The notes beneath the pieces were generated by a model. It saw nothing but the letters and a program-made list of their open reading frames with translations. It searched no databases and was not told the origin of the DNA. DNA of 64,000 bases from an uncultured archaeon (GTDB lineage Archaea; Asgardarchaeota; Heimdallarchaeia; Heimdallarchaeales; Heimdallarchaeaceae), in NCBI GenBank assembly GCA_964534625.1, contig CAZHRF010000001.1, positions 32,001 to 96,000 of the forward strand. Reading direction: 5' to 3'. Shown piece by piece: positions 27,342 through 36,891 of the stretch. The number at the start of each line of letters is the position of its first letter. Position 1 is the stretch's first letter. A program made the position numbers and the translations under genes.

Positions 27342-28181
27342 ATGGACATTAAACTTATAGAGATATTTGATGATTCAATCAAATTTATACTTACTGAAAG
27401 TACAATAGCGTTTGCTAATGCTGTTAGAAGAATTGTATTAGCTAATGTTCCGACCTTGGTGATAGAGGATGTTTATGTTTTAAAAAATACTTCTCCCCTT
27501 TTTGATGAATTTATTGCGCAAAGATTGGGTTTGGTGCCTCTTAAGTATAATGAGGATTTTGAGTTAAATTTTAGAGATAAGTGTGAATGTGGTGGTATTG
27601 GATGCAATTTATGTACTGTCACTTTTACAATATCAAAAAAGGCTACCGATAGCCCTACAACGATTTATAGTGGAGATTTAATATCATCACAGGAGGGGGT
27701 TGAACCTATAAATCGTAATATTCCCATTGTAAAAATTGGCCCAAATCAGAGTGTCGAATTGGAATGTATGGCACAATTGGGAACTGGGAAAGATCATGCT
27801 AAATGGCAACCCGTTTCAGCTATTGGTTATCAACTAGTCCCTCTCGTTGAAATTGATCAATTAAAATGTAATAATTGTAATGAATGTATTAATTCTTGTT
27901 ATAGGGATGTTTTTGATGAGGATTCTGGAACGATTAAAGTTGTGAATTCCCTAAATTGCAATTTATGCAAATATTGTGTAGAAATGTGTGACGAGGGAGC
28001 CATATCAATAAGTGAGGATCCCTCTCAAATAATTATTTCATTCGATATCAATACTGGAACCCCAGCATCATCGATTTTAGTAAAAGCTGGTGAACTACTT
28101 TTAGCTAAAACCGACGAATTCAAAAATGCATTACAGAAAGCTATTATTGAAAAGGAAGAAAAGGAAAAAAATAAGGAGTAA
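27342..28181 (+). CDS. rpoD: RNA polymerase subunit Rpo3 (D) with ferredoxin-like domain
   Basis: FANAVRR, DEFIAQRLGLVP, HAKWQP, CNNCNECINSC and CNLCKYCVEMC. Confidence 0.97.
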   Translation: MDIKLIEIFDDSIKFILTESTIAFANAVRRIVLANVPTLVIEDVYVLKNTSPLFDEFIAQRLGLVPLKYNEDFELNFRDKCECGGIGCNLCTVTFTISKKATDSPTTIYSGDLISSQEGVEPINRNIPIVKIGPNQSVELECMAQLGTGKDHAKWQPVSAIGYQLVPLVEIDQLKCNNCNECINSCYRDVFDEDSGTIKVVNSLNCNLCKYCVEMCDEGAISISEDPSQIIISFDINTGTPASSILVKAGELLLAKTDEFKNALQKAIIEKEEKEKNKE

Positions 28182-28187
28182 TATGAA

Positions 28188-28553
28188 ATGCCAAACGTAA
28201 CTGGACCTAGCGATCCAAATGTAGTAAGCTTAATTAATAAACTAAGGAAAACATCTTCAGAGAATAATACAGAATTATGGAAAACAATCGCTGAAAAACT
28301 AGGAAAATCTAGACGAAAAAACATTGCAGTCAATCTCAGTAAAATCAATAGATTTACAAAGAAAAACGATGTTGTTGTAGTTCCTGGTTCAGTACTTAGT
28401 GCTGGTTATTTAGATCATAAAGTGAAAATTGCTGCACTAAGATTTTCTGAAAGAGCAAAACAAAAAATAAACGAATTTAAGGGTGAATCCCTCACTATTG
28501 CTGAGTTATTAGAGGAAAAACCTGATGAAAGTACAGTCAAAATTATAATTTAA
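28188..28553 (+). CDS. rpl18e: 50S ribosomal protein eL18
   Basis: VNLSKINR, VVVPGSVL, ALRFS. Confidence 0.96.
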   Translation: MPNVTGPSDPNVVSLINKLRKTSSENNTELWKTIAEKLGKSRRKNIAVNLSKINRFTKKNDVVVVPGSVLSAGYLDHKVKIAALRFSERAKQKINEFKGESLTIAELLEEKPDESTVKIII

Positions 28554-28565
28554 GGTGGTAAAAAC

Positions 28566-29018
28566 ATGCAAAAAGAAGCAGAATTAAATCATGCAAATGT
28601 ATTTGTAGATGCAACTGATGCAATATTAGGGAGATTATCAACAAAAGTAGCAAAATATCTCCTTGAAGGAAAGAAAGTTAATATTATCAATTGTGAGAAA
28701 GCTGTAATTTCGGGTAAAAAACATTCTATAGTTAATGAATATAAAAAGAAACACGAGATTCACACAGCTTCTAATCCAAGACGAGGACCTTTTCATCAGA
28801 AACGTCCAGATAGATTGGTTCGAAAAACTATTCGTGGAATGTTACCATACAAAAAAAGTTCAGGTCGTGCCGCTTATAGCCGACTAAGAGTGTATATTGG
28901 AATTCCAGAAGAATTTAAAGAGAAAGAATATATTAAGCCAACTTCAAACGTAAATAAATTGGATTGTAAATTTCTCTCAATTGGCGATTTGTGTAGGGAA
29001 CTAGGATGGCAATCATAA
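28566..29018 (+). CDS. rpl13: 50S ribosomal protein uL13
   Basis: VDATDAILGRL, NPRRGPFH, IRGMLP. Confidence 0.97.
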   Translation: MQKEAELNHANVFVDATDAILGRLSTKVAKYLLEGKKVNIINCEKAVISGKKHSIVNEYKKKHEIHTASNPRRGPFHQKRPDRLVRKTIRGMLPYKKSSGRAAYSRLRVYIGIPEEFKEKEYIKPTSNVNKLDCKFLSIGDLCRELGWQS

Positions 29019-29025
29019 GGGTGAA

Positions 29026-29436
29026 ATGAAATTGAGTAAAGTAATAGTATCGTCAGGAAAACGTAAAACTGCAATTGCACGGATTACTATCAAGGAAGGT
29101 AAAGGAAGAATAAGAGTTAATGGCGTTCCGCTTGAAGTAATTCCAAATGAGTTGTATAGAGCAAAGATTAAGGAAATATTCATACTTGCTGGGCAAGAGA
29201 TGCATGATTCGGTTGATATCAAAGTTAATGTTTCTGGTGGCGGATTTATGGGACAAGCAGAAGCCATACGTACTGCAATTGGTAGGGGACTTGTTGAGTA
29301 TTTTGAGGATCAAGTATTAAAAGAAAAGATGGTTGAATATGATAAAACAATCATTTCAGGTGATCCAAGAAGAACAGAATCAAAACATTTCGGTGGTCCT
29401 AGTTCAAGATCTAGATTTCAAAAATCCTACCGTTAA
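29026..29436 (+). CDS. rps9: 30S ribosomal protein uS9
   Basis: GKRKTAIA, GGGFMGQ, FQKSYR C-terminus. Confidence 0.98.
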   Translation: MKLSKVIVSSGKRKTAIARITIKEGKGRIRVNGVPLEVIPNELYRAKIKEIFILAGQEMHDSVDIKVNVSGGGFMGQAEAIRTAIGRGLVEYFEDQVLKEKMVEYDKTIISGDPRRTESKHFGGPSSRSRFQKSYR

Positions 29437-29457
29437 TCTTTTTTTTTCTTATTAAAA

Positions 29458-30498
29458 ATGACATTAAGTATTGATGGGTCAATGGGAGAGGGTGGTGGTT
29501 CTATTGTACGACTGTCTGTTGCTTTAGCCGCTGGTTTGGATATCCCTGTGTCCCTATATAACATTCGTAAAAAAAGAACCTCTCCTGGTTTAAAATCACA
29601 GCACATTAATGCAATTAAGGCCATAAAACAATTTTGTGGGTGCTCTGTTGAAGGCTTGAAACTTGGAAACCAATCAATTTTATTAGGTCATAATGGTCGG
29701 AAAAAAAACTTTGCTTCTGTTAATGTTCAGACAGCTGGAAGTGTTGGATTAATATGCCAAGCAGCATTATATTATTCGCTAAATAGACATGACGATATCG
29801 ATTTACAAATTACTGGTGGTGCAACTCATGGAAAATGGGCCCCATCAATAGAATATGTAAAACATATTATTTTTCCAATAGTTGAAAAGATGGGAAAGAA
29901 AATAGAAATCACTTTACATAGATACGGTTTTTTCCCAAAAGGAGGGGCAAAGTTATCTTTTATGTTTAAAGGACATAAAAATCTTTCTTCACTCGATTTA
30001 AGAGAGGCAGGTGATCTAGAAACTGTTGATGTTTATTCCATTGCATCAAAATCTCTAAAAGGGAGAGAGGTAGCTGAAAGACAATATAAGGCTTTTGTGA
30101 ACAATACTAATATAACTATTGATTTTTCTCCACATATTCATTATGTAGATACTATCTGTACTGGCACTGGATTAACTGCAGTTGGTCAGTTATCCGGGGG
30201 TGGTATAATAGGTCATTCGGTAATTGGCGAAAGAAACTTAACATCTGAAGAAGTTGGTAAAAAATGTTCAAAAGAGTGGATAAAAATTCACGAAAGCAAA
30301 GTTCCTATTGACTATCATGCCGCTGATCAACTGATCCTACCAATGATTTTTGCTGAAGGTAAATCTACTATTTTCACAAATAAAATAACCAATCACACAC
30401 GAACTAATATTAATGTCGTTAAACACTTCCTTGAACGCAACATTACTATTAAAAAAGAAAATCGTGTTTATTCTATTATTGTAAATGGTGACTATTAA
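29458..30498 (+). CDS. rtcA: RNA 3'-terminal phosphate cyclase
   Basis: DGSMGEGGG, NIRKKR..PGL..QH, TAGS, GFFPKGG, DYHAADQL, catalytic His in TNHTRTN. Confidence 0.95.
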   Translation: MTLSIDGSMGEGGGSIVRLSVALAAGLDIPVSLYNIRKKRTSPGLKSQHINAIKAIKQFCGCSVEGLKLGNQSILLGHNGRKKNFASVNVQTAGSVGLICQAALYYSLNRHDDIDLQITGGATHGKWAPSIEYVKHIIFPIVEKMGKKIEITLHRYGFFPKGGAKLSFMFKGHKNLSSLDLREAGDLETVDVYSIASKSLKGREVAERQYKAFVNNTNITIDFSPHIHYVDTICTGTGLTAVGQLSGGGIIGHSVIGERNLTSEEVGKKCSKEWIKIHESKVPIDYHAADQLILPMIFAEGKSTIFTNKITNHTRTNINVVKHFLERNITIKKENRVYSIIVNGDY

Positions 30499-30598
30499 TA
30501 ATTAACTTCTTTCTTCTCATCTGTTTTTTTGATGAACAGAATTTAAATTCTAATTATACGAAAAAAATCTATAAACAGGTTATTATTACTTATTTTAT

Positions 30599-30708
30599 CC
30601 TTCGCTTGCTATTTGCTAATAATACTTGATGAACGACAGCTTTATATGAAGCTAATAATGTCGGAGTACAGCCTTAAAGACTAGTATAAGCTAGTTATTA
30701 ATTGAAGG
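30599..30708 (+). promoter_or_regulatory. Putative structured 5' leader of the rpl3-rpl4-rpl23-rpl2 operon
   Basis: BRE/TATA AAAAAATCTATAAA at ~30562-30575; nested stems 30599-604/30703-708, 30617-623/30694-700, 30624-627/30664-667, 30634-638/30659-663, 30639-643/30648-652. Confidence 0.5.
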
Positions 30709-30759
30709 CACTTTAAATAAGTAAAGAAATAAATCAATAGAAAATTAGGAAGTGAAAAA

Positions 30760-31761
30760 ATGGGTCATCGAAAGGTAAGTGCTCCCCACCGTTCTTCTCT
30801 AGGCTATCGGCGGGCAAGAGCGAAACGTATGGTACCTTCACCTCGTGCTTGGCCAGAGTATACTGGAAATCCCAAACTACTTGGATTTTTGGGTATTAAA
30901 GCTGGAATGACACACTGTGTGTGTATTGAAGATAGACCGAGGAGCCATTTAGTAAATAGAGAAGTCATTGTACCTCTCACAGTAATTGAAACACCACCTA
31001 TTGTGGTATTTGGAATGAGAGGATACAAAAAAACCCCTTATGGTTTAAAGATTGTTGCAGATCTTCAAGCAGAGGAAACAAAAGAAGAATTGAACAGAAG
31101 AATAAAACCACCCAAAGAATATGACTATGAAAAAGCAAAAGATATTTTTAATAATTATATTGAAGAGATGATCGAAGTTCGGGCTGTTGTCCATACCCAA
31201 CCTTATTTGACGGGCATTGGGGCAAAGACACCGAATATTGCTGAAATTAAAATAGGTTGTAATAATATTCAAGAAGGTGTGGAATATGGAATGTCCTTGT
31301 TAGGAAAAGAAGTTTTATTACGTGAAATTTTCAAAGCAGGACAATTTATTGACACTATGGGTGTAACAAAAGGTAAAGGATTTCAAGGTCCTGTGAAACG
31401 TCATGGAATAAAAATTCTTCAACACAAGTCAAAACACACCAAACGCGGTGTTGGTTCAATTGGACCATGGCATCCTGCTAGGACAATGTGGACTATACCT
31501 AGACACGGACAAATGGGTTACAACACACGAACTGAGTATAATAAACGAATTATGCAAATTGGTGCTGATAGTGAAAAAATTATCCCCAATGGCGGTTTTG
31601 TAAATTATGGACTTGTTAAAAATGATTACGCTTTAATAAAAGGTTCTGTACCTGGGTCAAAAAAGAGAACAATTGTTTTAAGACATGGTATGAGAAAACC
31701 ACCTATACCTGAAAAACCACCTCAGATATTATATATATCTACTGAGAGTCAACAAAGATAA
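30760..31761 (+). CDS. rpl3: 50S ribosomal protein uL3
   Basis: KAGMTH, TKGKGFQGPVKR, GSIGPWHP, GQMGY. Confidence 0.98.
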   Translation: MGHRKVSAPHRSSLGYRRARAKRMVPSPRAWPEYTGNPKLLGFLGIKAGMTHCVCIEDRPRSHLVNREVIVPLTVIETPPIVVFGMRGYKKTPYGLKIVADLQAEETKEELNRRIKPPKEYDYEKAKDIFNNYIEEMIEVRAVVHTQPYLTGIGAKTPNIAEIKIGCNNIQEGVEYGMSLLGKEVLLREIFKAGQFIDTMGVTKGKGFQGPVKRHGIKILQHKSKHTKRGVGSIGPWHPARTMWTIPRHGQMGYNTRTEYNKRIMQIGADSEKIIPNGGFVNYGLVKNDYALIKGSVPGSKKRTIVLRHGMRKPPIPEKPPQILYISTESQQR

Positions 31762-31778
31762 TGTGGAGGAAATGAAAA

Positions 31779-32561
31779 ATGCAAATTTCTATTTATACTA
31801 TCACAGGACAAGAAAAAGATAAAATGGATTTACCTGAGGTTTTTAATGCTGCATTAAGACCTGATGTTATAAAAAGAGCTGTTTTAGCTGAACAAACATG
31901 GAAAAAACAACCCAAAGGTGTTAAGCCTCTTGCTGGCAAACTAGTTTCTGTTGAAAACTGGGGTCCGGGTAGAGGGGCTGCGCGTGTTCCTAGAACAAAG
32001 GGTAGTAGAACACACAGTGGTTCAAGAGGGGCTTTTGTACCTCAAGCCAGAGGTGGGCATAAAGCACATCCTCCTAAATCAGAAAAAAAGATTATTGAAA
32101 AAATAAATCGAAAAGAACATAGGTTGGCTATTCAATCGGCTATTTCTTATACAGGTCACAAAGATCATGTTATGAACCGAGGTCACAATTTTGAAGAAAA
32201 TGTTATCTTTCCTATAATTGTAGAATCCAAAGCTGAGGAAATCGAAAAAACAAAAGATGCGGTACGCTTATTAAGAAATTTAGGTTTATATCCTGATTTG
32301 GAAAGAGTAAAGAAAGGTAAAAATGTACGTGCTGGAAAAGGAAAATTAAGAGGAAGGAAGTATAAAATTCCTATTGGACCACTCATTATAGTGGGAGAAG
32401 AAGACTGTCCCTTGATTAGAGCTGGAAGAAATATACTAGGAACACAAGTATTGCCTCTCAAAGACATTAATACTGAAGTCTTAGCTCCTGGTACCCATCC
32501 TGGTCGTTTAACTGTGTGGACAGAAAATGCAGTAAATTTATTGAATGAAAGATATAGGTGA
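31779..32561 (+). CDS. rpl4: 50S ribosomal protein uL4
   Basis: RPDVIKRAV, WGPGRGAARVPR, RAGKGKLRGR, LAPGTHPGRL. Confidence 0.98.
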   Translation: MQISIYTITGQEKDKMDLPEVFNAALRPDVIKRAVLAEQTWKKQPKGVKPLAGKLVSVENWGPGRGAARVPRTKGSRTHSGSRGAFVPQARGGHKAHPPKSEKKIIEKINRKEHRLAIQSAISYTGHKDHVMNRGHNFEENVIFPIIVESKAEEIEKTKDAVRLLRNLGLYPDLERVKKGKNVRAGKGKLRGRKYKIPIGPLIIVGEEDCPLIRAGRNILGTQVLPLKDINTEVLAPGTHPGRLTVWTENAVNLLNERYR

Positions 32562-32827
32562 TACTGATGGATCCATACAAAATAATCAAAAAACCGTTAA
32601 TAAGCGAAAAAGACTTTGAGTTAATAGAAAATGAAAATAAATTAGTAATACTAGTTGATCTTAAAGCTACAAAAGGACAAATAAAGGAAGCTATGGAAAA
32701 ACTTTATGATGTTAAAGTATTGAAAGTCAATACTTTAATAACTCCAAGAGGAGAAAAGAAAGCTTATGTTAGACTTAGTGATTATGATGATGCAGCTGAC
32801 ATTGCCTCCCGTATGGGATTATTCTAA
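32558..32827 (+). CDS. rpl23: 50S ribosomal protein uL23 (start probably 32567)
   Basis: IIKKPLISEK, KVNTLITPRGEKKAYVRL. Confidence 0.97.
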   Translation: MILMDPYKIIKKPLISEKDFELIENENKLVILVDLKATKGQIKEAMEKLYDVKVLKVNTLITPRGEKKAYVRLSDYDDAADIASRMGLF

Positions 32828-32840
32828 CGTGGTGATATAA

Positions 32841-33581
32841 ATGGGTAAAAAGATTTTAGTACAAAGACGTGGTCGTGGAACATCACAATTTCGCGCAGCA
32901 TCTAACAAGAAGAAAGGAAGTGTAAAATACAGAAAAATATCAAAACTTGAATATTCAGACAAACTGACTGGTATTATCACTGATATTGTACATGATCCTG
33001 GTAGAGGAGCACCTGTTGCAAAAGTACTGTTTGAAGACGGATTAAAGAAAATTATTCTCCCCTCTGAAGGCATAAGAGTGAATCAAAAAATCTTTTATGG
33101 GGCAACTTCTGAGATTGAAGTGGGTAATACTTTACCTTTAAAATTTATCCCTGATGGAACGCCAGTTTTTTGTATTGAATTGACACCTGGTGACGGTGGT
33201 AGAATTGTTAGGTCAAGTGGGGGTTATGCTACTATCTTAGGTAGAGGTAAAGGGAAAGTTTCATTACAGTTATCTAGTGGTGAAATAAAGCCCATCCCAG
33301 AAAGATGCAGAGCTACTATCGGTGTTGTAGCTGGTGGAGGAAGGACTGAGAAACCTTTCGTAAAGGCTGGAAATAAACATCATCTTATGAAGGCAAAGGG
33401 GCATAAATATCCTCGTGTTAGAGGGACTGCTATGAATGCTGTGTCACATCCTCACGGTGGCGGTGCTCATCAAAGTCCACCCCGATCAACAACAGTTTCA
33501 AGAAACGCCCAAAGAGGGCGAAAGGTTGGTCTTATAGCAGCAAAACGAAGTGGTAAAAGAAAAGGTAGAAAGAAGCAATAA
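32841..33581 (+). CDS. rpl2: 50S ribosomal protein uL2
   Basis: QRRGRG, HDPGRGAP, VRGTAMNAVSHPHGGG. Confidence 0.98.
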   Translation: MGKKILVQRRGRGTSQFRAASNKKKGSVKYRKISKLEYSDKLTGIITDIVHDPGRGAPVAKVLFEDGLKKIILPSEGIRVNQKIFYGATSEIEVGNTLPLKFIPDGTPVFCIELTPGDGGRIVRSSGGYATILGRGKGKVSLQLSSGEIKPIPERCRATIGVVAGGGRTEKPFVKAGNKHHLMKAKGHKYPRVRGTAMNAVSHPHGGGAHQSPPRSTTVSRNAQRGRKVGLIAAKRSGKRKGRKKQ

Positions 33582-33644
33582 GGCTTTCAATTTTTCTCTT
33601 TTATTTTTACTACGTTAAATGTTAATCCCAACGGTGAAATTAGT

Positions 33645-34388
33645 ATGAATATTGTGGAAGAGTTTAATTCAATTCAATTTATATTTAAAGAAGAACAAAA
33701 TTTTGAGAATTGTATCTTGCTTAATGGATGGCATGGTATTGGTGAATGTGGTTTTATTTCTATGAGTCATTTGGTAGATAAATTGAAGGCAAAGAGAATC
33801 GGTTTTATAATTACTGATAATTTACCTCAATTTATTACAGTTAAAAAAGAAACCATTACTTTCCCTTTTGAAATTTACAGAAAAGATAATGTGGTTATTG
33901 TACTACCAATATTTGAGCCAGTAAAATCTGAACATCAAACTTTTACTAGAACACTAGTTCAATGGTCGATCAATAGAAAGTTCAATAAAGCCCTTTTAGT
34001 GGGGGGACTAGATAACAGATTAAAGGATAAAACGTCATTAAAGATTATATGTACAAAATCTTTTAAAAATAAATATCCGTTAGTTGATCTTGAAATCCTA
34101 GAAGAAGGTCTTTATGTTACAGGACCACTAGCTTATATGTTATTGTTTTATGAACTAGAAGATTTTCCTGCCATAGCTATATTACCATATTCTGAAAGAT
34201 CTAGACCAGATCCAATTGCTGCTAGTATAGCTATAAAACAAATTAATGCATTACTTAATCTTAATGTCAACGTTGATGAGCTATTAGAAGAAGCAGAAAG
34301 AATAGAAAAAGAAATTGAATCTTTATTAAATGCAAGAAAACAACCAAAAGAACAAGAAGAATCAAAAGACAGAGGTATGTTTGTATAA
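33645..34388 (+). CDS. PAC2-family proteasome assembly chaperone-like protein
   Basis: GWHGIGECG..S..HL, PFEIY, VGGLD, RPDPIAA, LLEEAERIE; C-terminal MFV. Confidence 0.88.
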   Translation: MNIVEEFNSIQFIFKEEQNFENCILLNGWHGIGECGFISMSHLVDKLKAKRIGFIITDNLPQFITVKKETITFPFEIYRKDNVVIVLPIFEPVKSEHQTFTRTLVQWSINRKFNKALLVGGLDNRLKDKTSLKIICTKSFKNKYPLVDLEILEEGLYVTGPLAYMLLFYELEDFPAIAILPYSERSRPDPIAASIAIKQINALLNLNVNVDELLEEAERIEKEIESLLNARKQPKEQEESKDRGMFV

Positions 34389-34411
34389 AACATCAAATAC
34401 TCTTCTTTGAT

Positions 34412-34531
34412 GGGTTGGTAGTTCAGTGGATAGAAAAAAATTTGGTTGTTACCAGTTTTCTAGAATGGTTGCCTCCGGTGAAATTCGGGGAAAGCAACAG
34501 GTCGCCCGTTCAAATCGGGCCCAACCCGCCA
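34412..34531 (+). tRNA. tRNA-Arg(CCG) with two introns (30 nt in the D-arm, ~34431-34465; 14 nt at 37/38, 34479-34492)
   Basis: Removing both inserts gives a 76-nt cloverleaf GGGTTGG...CCAACCC-GCCA with A20 and G73; the second intron has a canonical BHB. Confidence 0.9.
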
Positions 34532-34534
34532 AAT

Positions 34535-35650
34535 TTAATAACCATATTTATTTTCTTCGTTAATTTCTTCTTTAAACTCTTCTGCAATCTGTAACTTTCT
34601 ATATTCTTCAAACTTTTCTTTTGTCTTTAAAATGTTAATAATGAGAACATCCAAATCTTTAGCAAAATTTTTTATACCATCCATGTTTTTCGTAGAAAAA
34701 GTATATTTTATGTCATATTTTTCCTTAACATAATCAACATCTTTTATTGTCAGAATATCTGTCTTATTTAATGTTTTTATGGTGGGTACTTCAGGATATT
34801 CGTTTTGAATATCTTTCAAAAGGTTTAATTGCTCCTCCTTTGATAATGTTGTATCTTTACTAAAATCAAAAATAAATACTATAATGTCTGCTATATATCT
34901 TATAGTTGCAATGCTTTTTTTTTCTATCAAATTTTTCTCGGAAAATGGACGATCCAATAATCCTGGCGTGTCCACTATTTGGGCATTCCCAAATAGTAAT
35001 TTTCTATGTCCAAATATAACTTTCTTTGTAGTAAACGGATATTCTGCTATTTCCGGAGTGCCAGATGAAATTATATTGATAAGTGATGATTTACCCACAT
35101 TAGGTGCACCAGCTATTACAACAGTTGGAACGCTTATATCAAAATCCGGAACTTCTTTCAATTTTTTTATAATGTATATTAGATATTCAACATCTGATCC
35201 TATTTTTTTTAATAAAGATACAAATCTTCCACCAGCTTCTCTCCTTATTTTAGCCATGTTTTTTGGGTGTTTTGTCTCAAAAATCTGTTTAATAAGCTCT
35301 AGTTCTATTTTTTTAATTTGTTTTGAAATTCCATCGATCCTTCCAAGTATATTTTTTACTCTGTCAATATCTGCGATTAGATCACATAACTCCACGTAAA
35401 ACTTGTGTAGAGTATCAATAGACGGAAATTGTTTGACAATTATATCTAATTTTTGAGTCATTTCCTCTGCTAGTATTTCTATCCTTTGATGTTCAATAGT
35501 AGCAATTTTTTCTTCTCTTGACATTCCCTTTCTGATAGATTTTGGTTTGTGTTTGTTCACTTTTGCAAAAGCATAATCTATTATGAGTGGGATTGGCGTA
35601 ATAAATTGAACATTTTTGAAGGGATTCCTTCTATATATCTCTCGATCCAC
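34535..35650 (-). CDS. NOG1-family (Obg-like) ribosome biogenesis GTPase
   Basis: FPSIDTLHKFY, GAPNVGKSS, YPFTT, DTPGLLDRP, NKTD. Confidence 0.95.
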   Translation of the reverse strand: MDREIYRRNPFKNVQFITPIPLIIDYAFAKVNKHKPKSIRKGMSREEKIATIEHQRIEILAEEMTQKLDIIVKQFPSIDTLHKFYVELCDLIADIDRVKNILGRIDGISKQIKKIELELIKQIFETKHPKNMAKIRREAGGRFVSLLKKIGSDVEYLIYIIKKLKEVPDFDISVPTVVIAGAPNVGKSSLINIISSGTPEIAEYPFTTKKVIFGHRKLLFGNAQIVDTPGLLDRPFSEKNLIEKKSIATIRYIADIIVFIFDFSKDTTLSKEEQLNLLKDIQNEYPEVPTIKTLNKTDILTIKDVDYVKEKYDIKYTFSTKNMDGIKNFAKDLDVLIINILKTKEKFEEYRKLQIAEEFKEEINEENKYGY

Positions 35651-35660
35651 TTAAATCACA

Positions 35661-36770
35661 TTATATTTCAATTAAAGATTTATCAATCTCATGTTCAAAG
35701 TAGCTTTCAATATCTTCTATAACTTCTTTTCTTTTGGTCATATATTTATCTTGATATTCTAAAATCATATTGATTAGTTTTGGCTTACAATCTAATCCAC
35801 ATATGACATCACCATTTTTACATTTTTTCTTGATATCATTGAGTTTTTGATCATCTGTGACAAACAAATATTTGAACCAATCATATACAGTACAAATCTC
35901 AGGAACACCGCCTAATTCTCTCTGTTCTTTTATTGTTGTTCTTCCCCCCGTAAAGGCTGACATTACCTTCTCTCTTATCTGTTCCTTGGTATCCCTAAGG
36001 TAAATGCAAGTTTCAGGTATCGAAGACGACATTGGACCACCTGTTAATCCCTTTAGATATGTTGTGTAAAGAGATGCAGGGGCGTTTATCTTTCTTTTTC
36101 CTGCAATATCTCTCGTAAGCCGTATGTATACATCTTGATCTAATCCTATTGGTACTACTACTGGAAGATTAAAGTCAACAGTTGGTTGTAAAATGTGTGC
36201 TGCTTGAATACAAGAATAGAATATAGCACCTGGATTTTCATCCCCCTCAAAACCAAAAGCGGATTTAATTGTATTATACGTGAGATTTGTTGAAAACTTA
36301 AGAGCTAATTCATAAATTTTATGATCCTTACTCGAAATATATCCGTGAGTTTTCTCTGGATCGAACCCAATTGAAAAAATATCTATTGCATTTTCAATTG
36401 CAACTTTATAAGTACTTCCTAGATCATTAACTTTATTGAAGACATATTTTTCATCATCAGAAAATGGGATAAAATAATGGCAGTCATATTTTTTTTGTAA
36501 ATATTTAATTAGTTTAAATACAACTAGATGTCCAAAGTGTAAATCGTTAGATGGCCCTCTTCCACTTACTATGGCCCAACTTTTACCTTCTTCGGTTATA
36601 TCTAGTATTTTATTGAAATCCCTGTGGGCAAACACAATGTTTCTTCTAAACATGTAATAGTCTTTCCCAATTCGCTGTGTAATATCAGAAATATTAGAAA
36701 TACCAAATTCTTTTAGAATTGCTTCATAATCTGTTCTTTTTTCAATATCACGGACCTTATTTTCTGTCAT
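35661..36770 (-). CDS. trpS: Tryptophan--tRNA ligase (archaeal/eukaryal type)
   Basis: AHRDF, SGRGPS..LHFGH, DDEK, IGLDQD, MSSS, AFTGGR. Confidence 0.96.
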   Translation of the reverse strand: MTENKVRDIEKRTDYEAILKEFGISNISDITQRIGKDYYMFRRNIVFAHRDFNKILDITEEGKSWAIVSGRGPSNDLHFGHLVVFKLIKYLQKKYDCHYFIPFSDDEKYVFNKVNDLGSTYKVAIENAIDIFSIGFDPEKTHGYISSKDHKIYELALKFSTNLTYNTIKSAFGFEGDENPGAIFYSCIQAAHILQPTVDFNLPVVVPIGLDQDVYIRLTRDIAGKRKINAPASLYTTYLKGLTGGPMSSSIPETCIYLRDTKEQIREKVMSAFTGGRTTIKEQRELGGVPEICTVYDWFKYLFVTDDQKLNDIKKKCKNGDVICGLDCKPKLINMILEYQDKYMTKRKEVIEDIESYFEHEIDKSLIEI

Positions 36771-36891
36771 TTTGTCTTCATTTAAAGTATATGTGTTATA
36801 TATATTATATTTTTGTTAAGAAATACATATTTTGAGTATTCATCTCTTTTAATGTTAATTATCTTGAACTAAACTAGTATATATATGTCAA

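Noticed and set aside
34468-34498. Reading the two-intron tRNA as tRNA-Trp(CCA)
   Set aside because: The canonical BHB places the cut at 37/38, giving CCG; A20 and G73 fit Arg
34884-35399. Long antisense ORFs (also 880-1272, 44601-45098, 55053-55502, 62435-62815 and others)
   Set aside because: Shadow frames on the opposite strand of well-conserved genes
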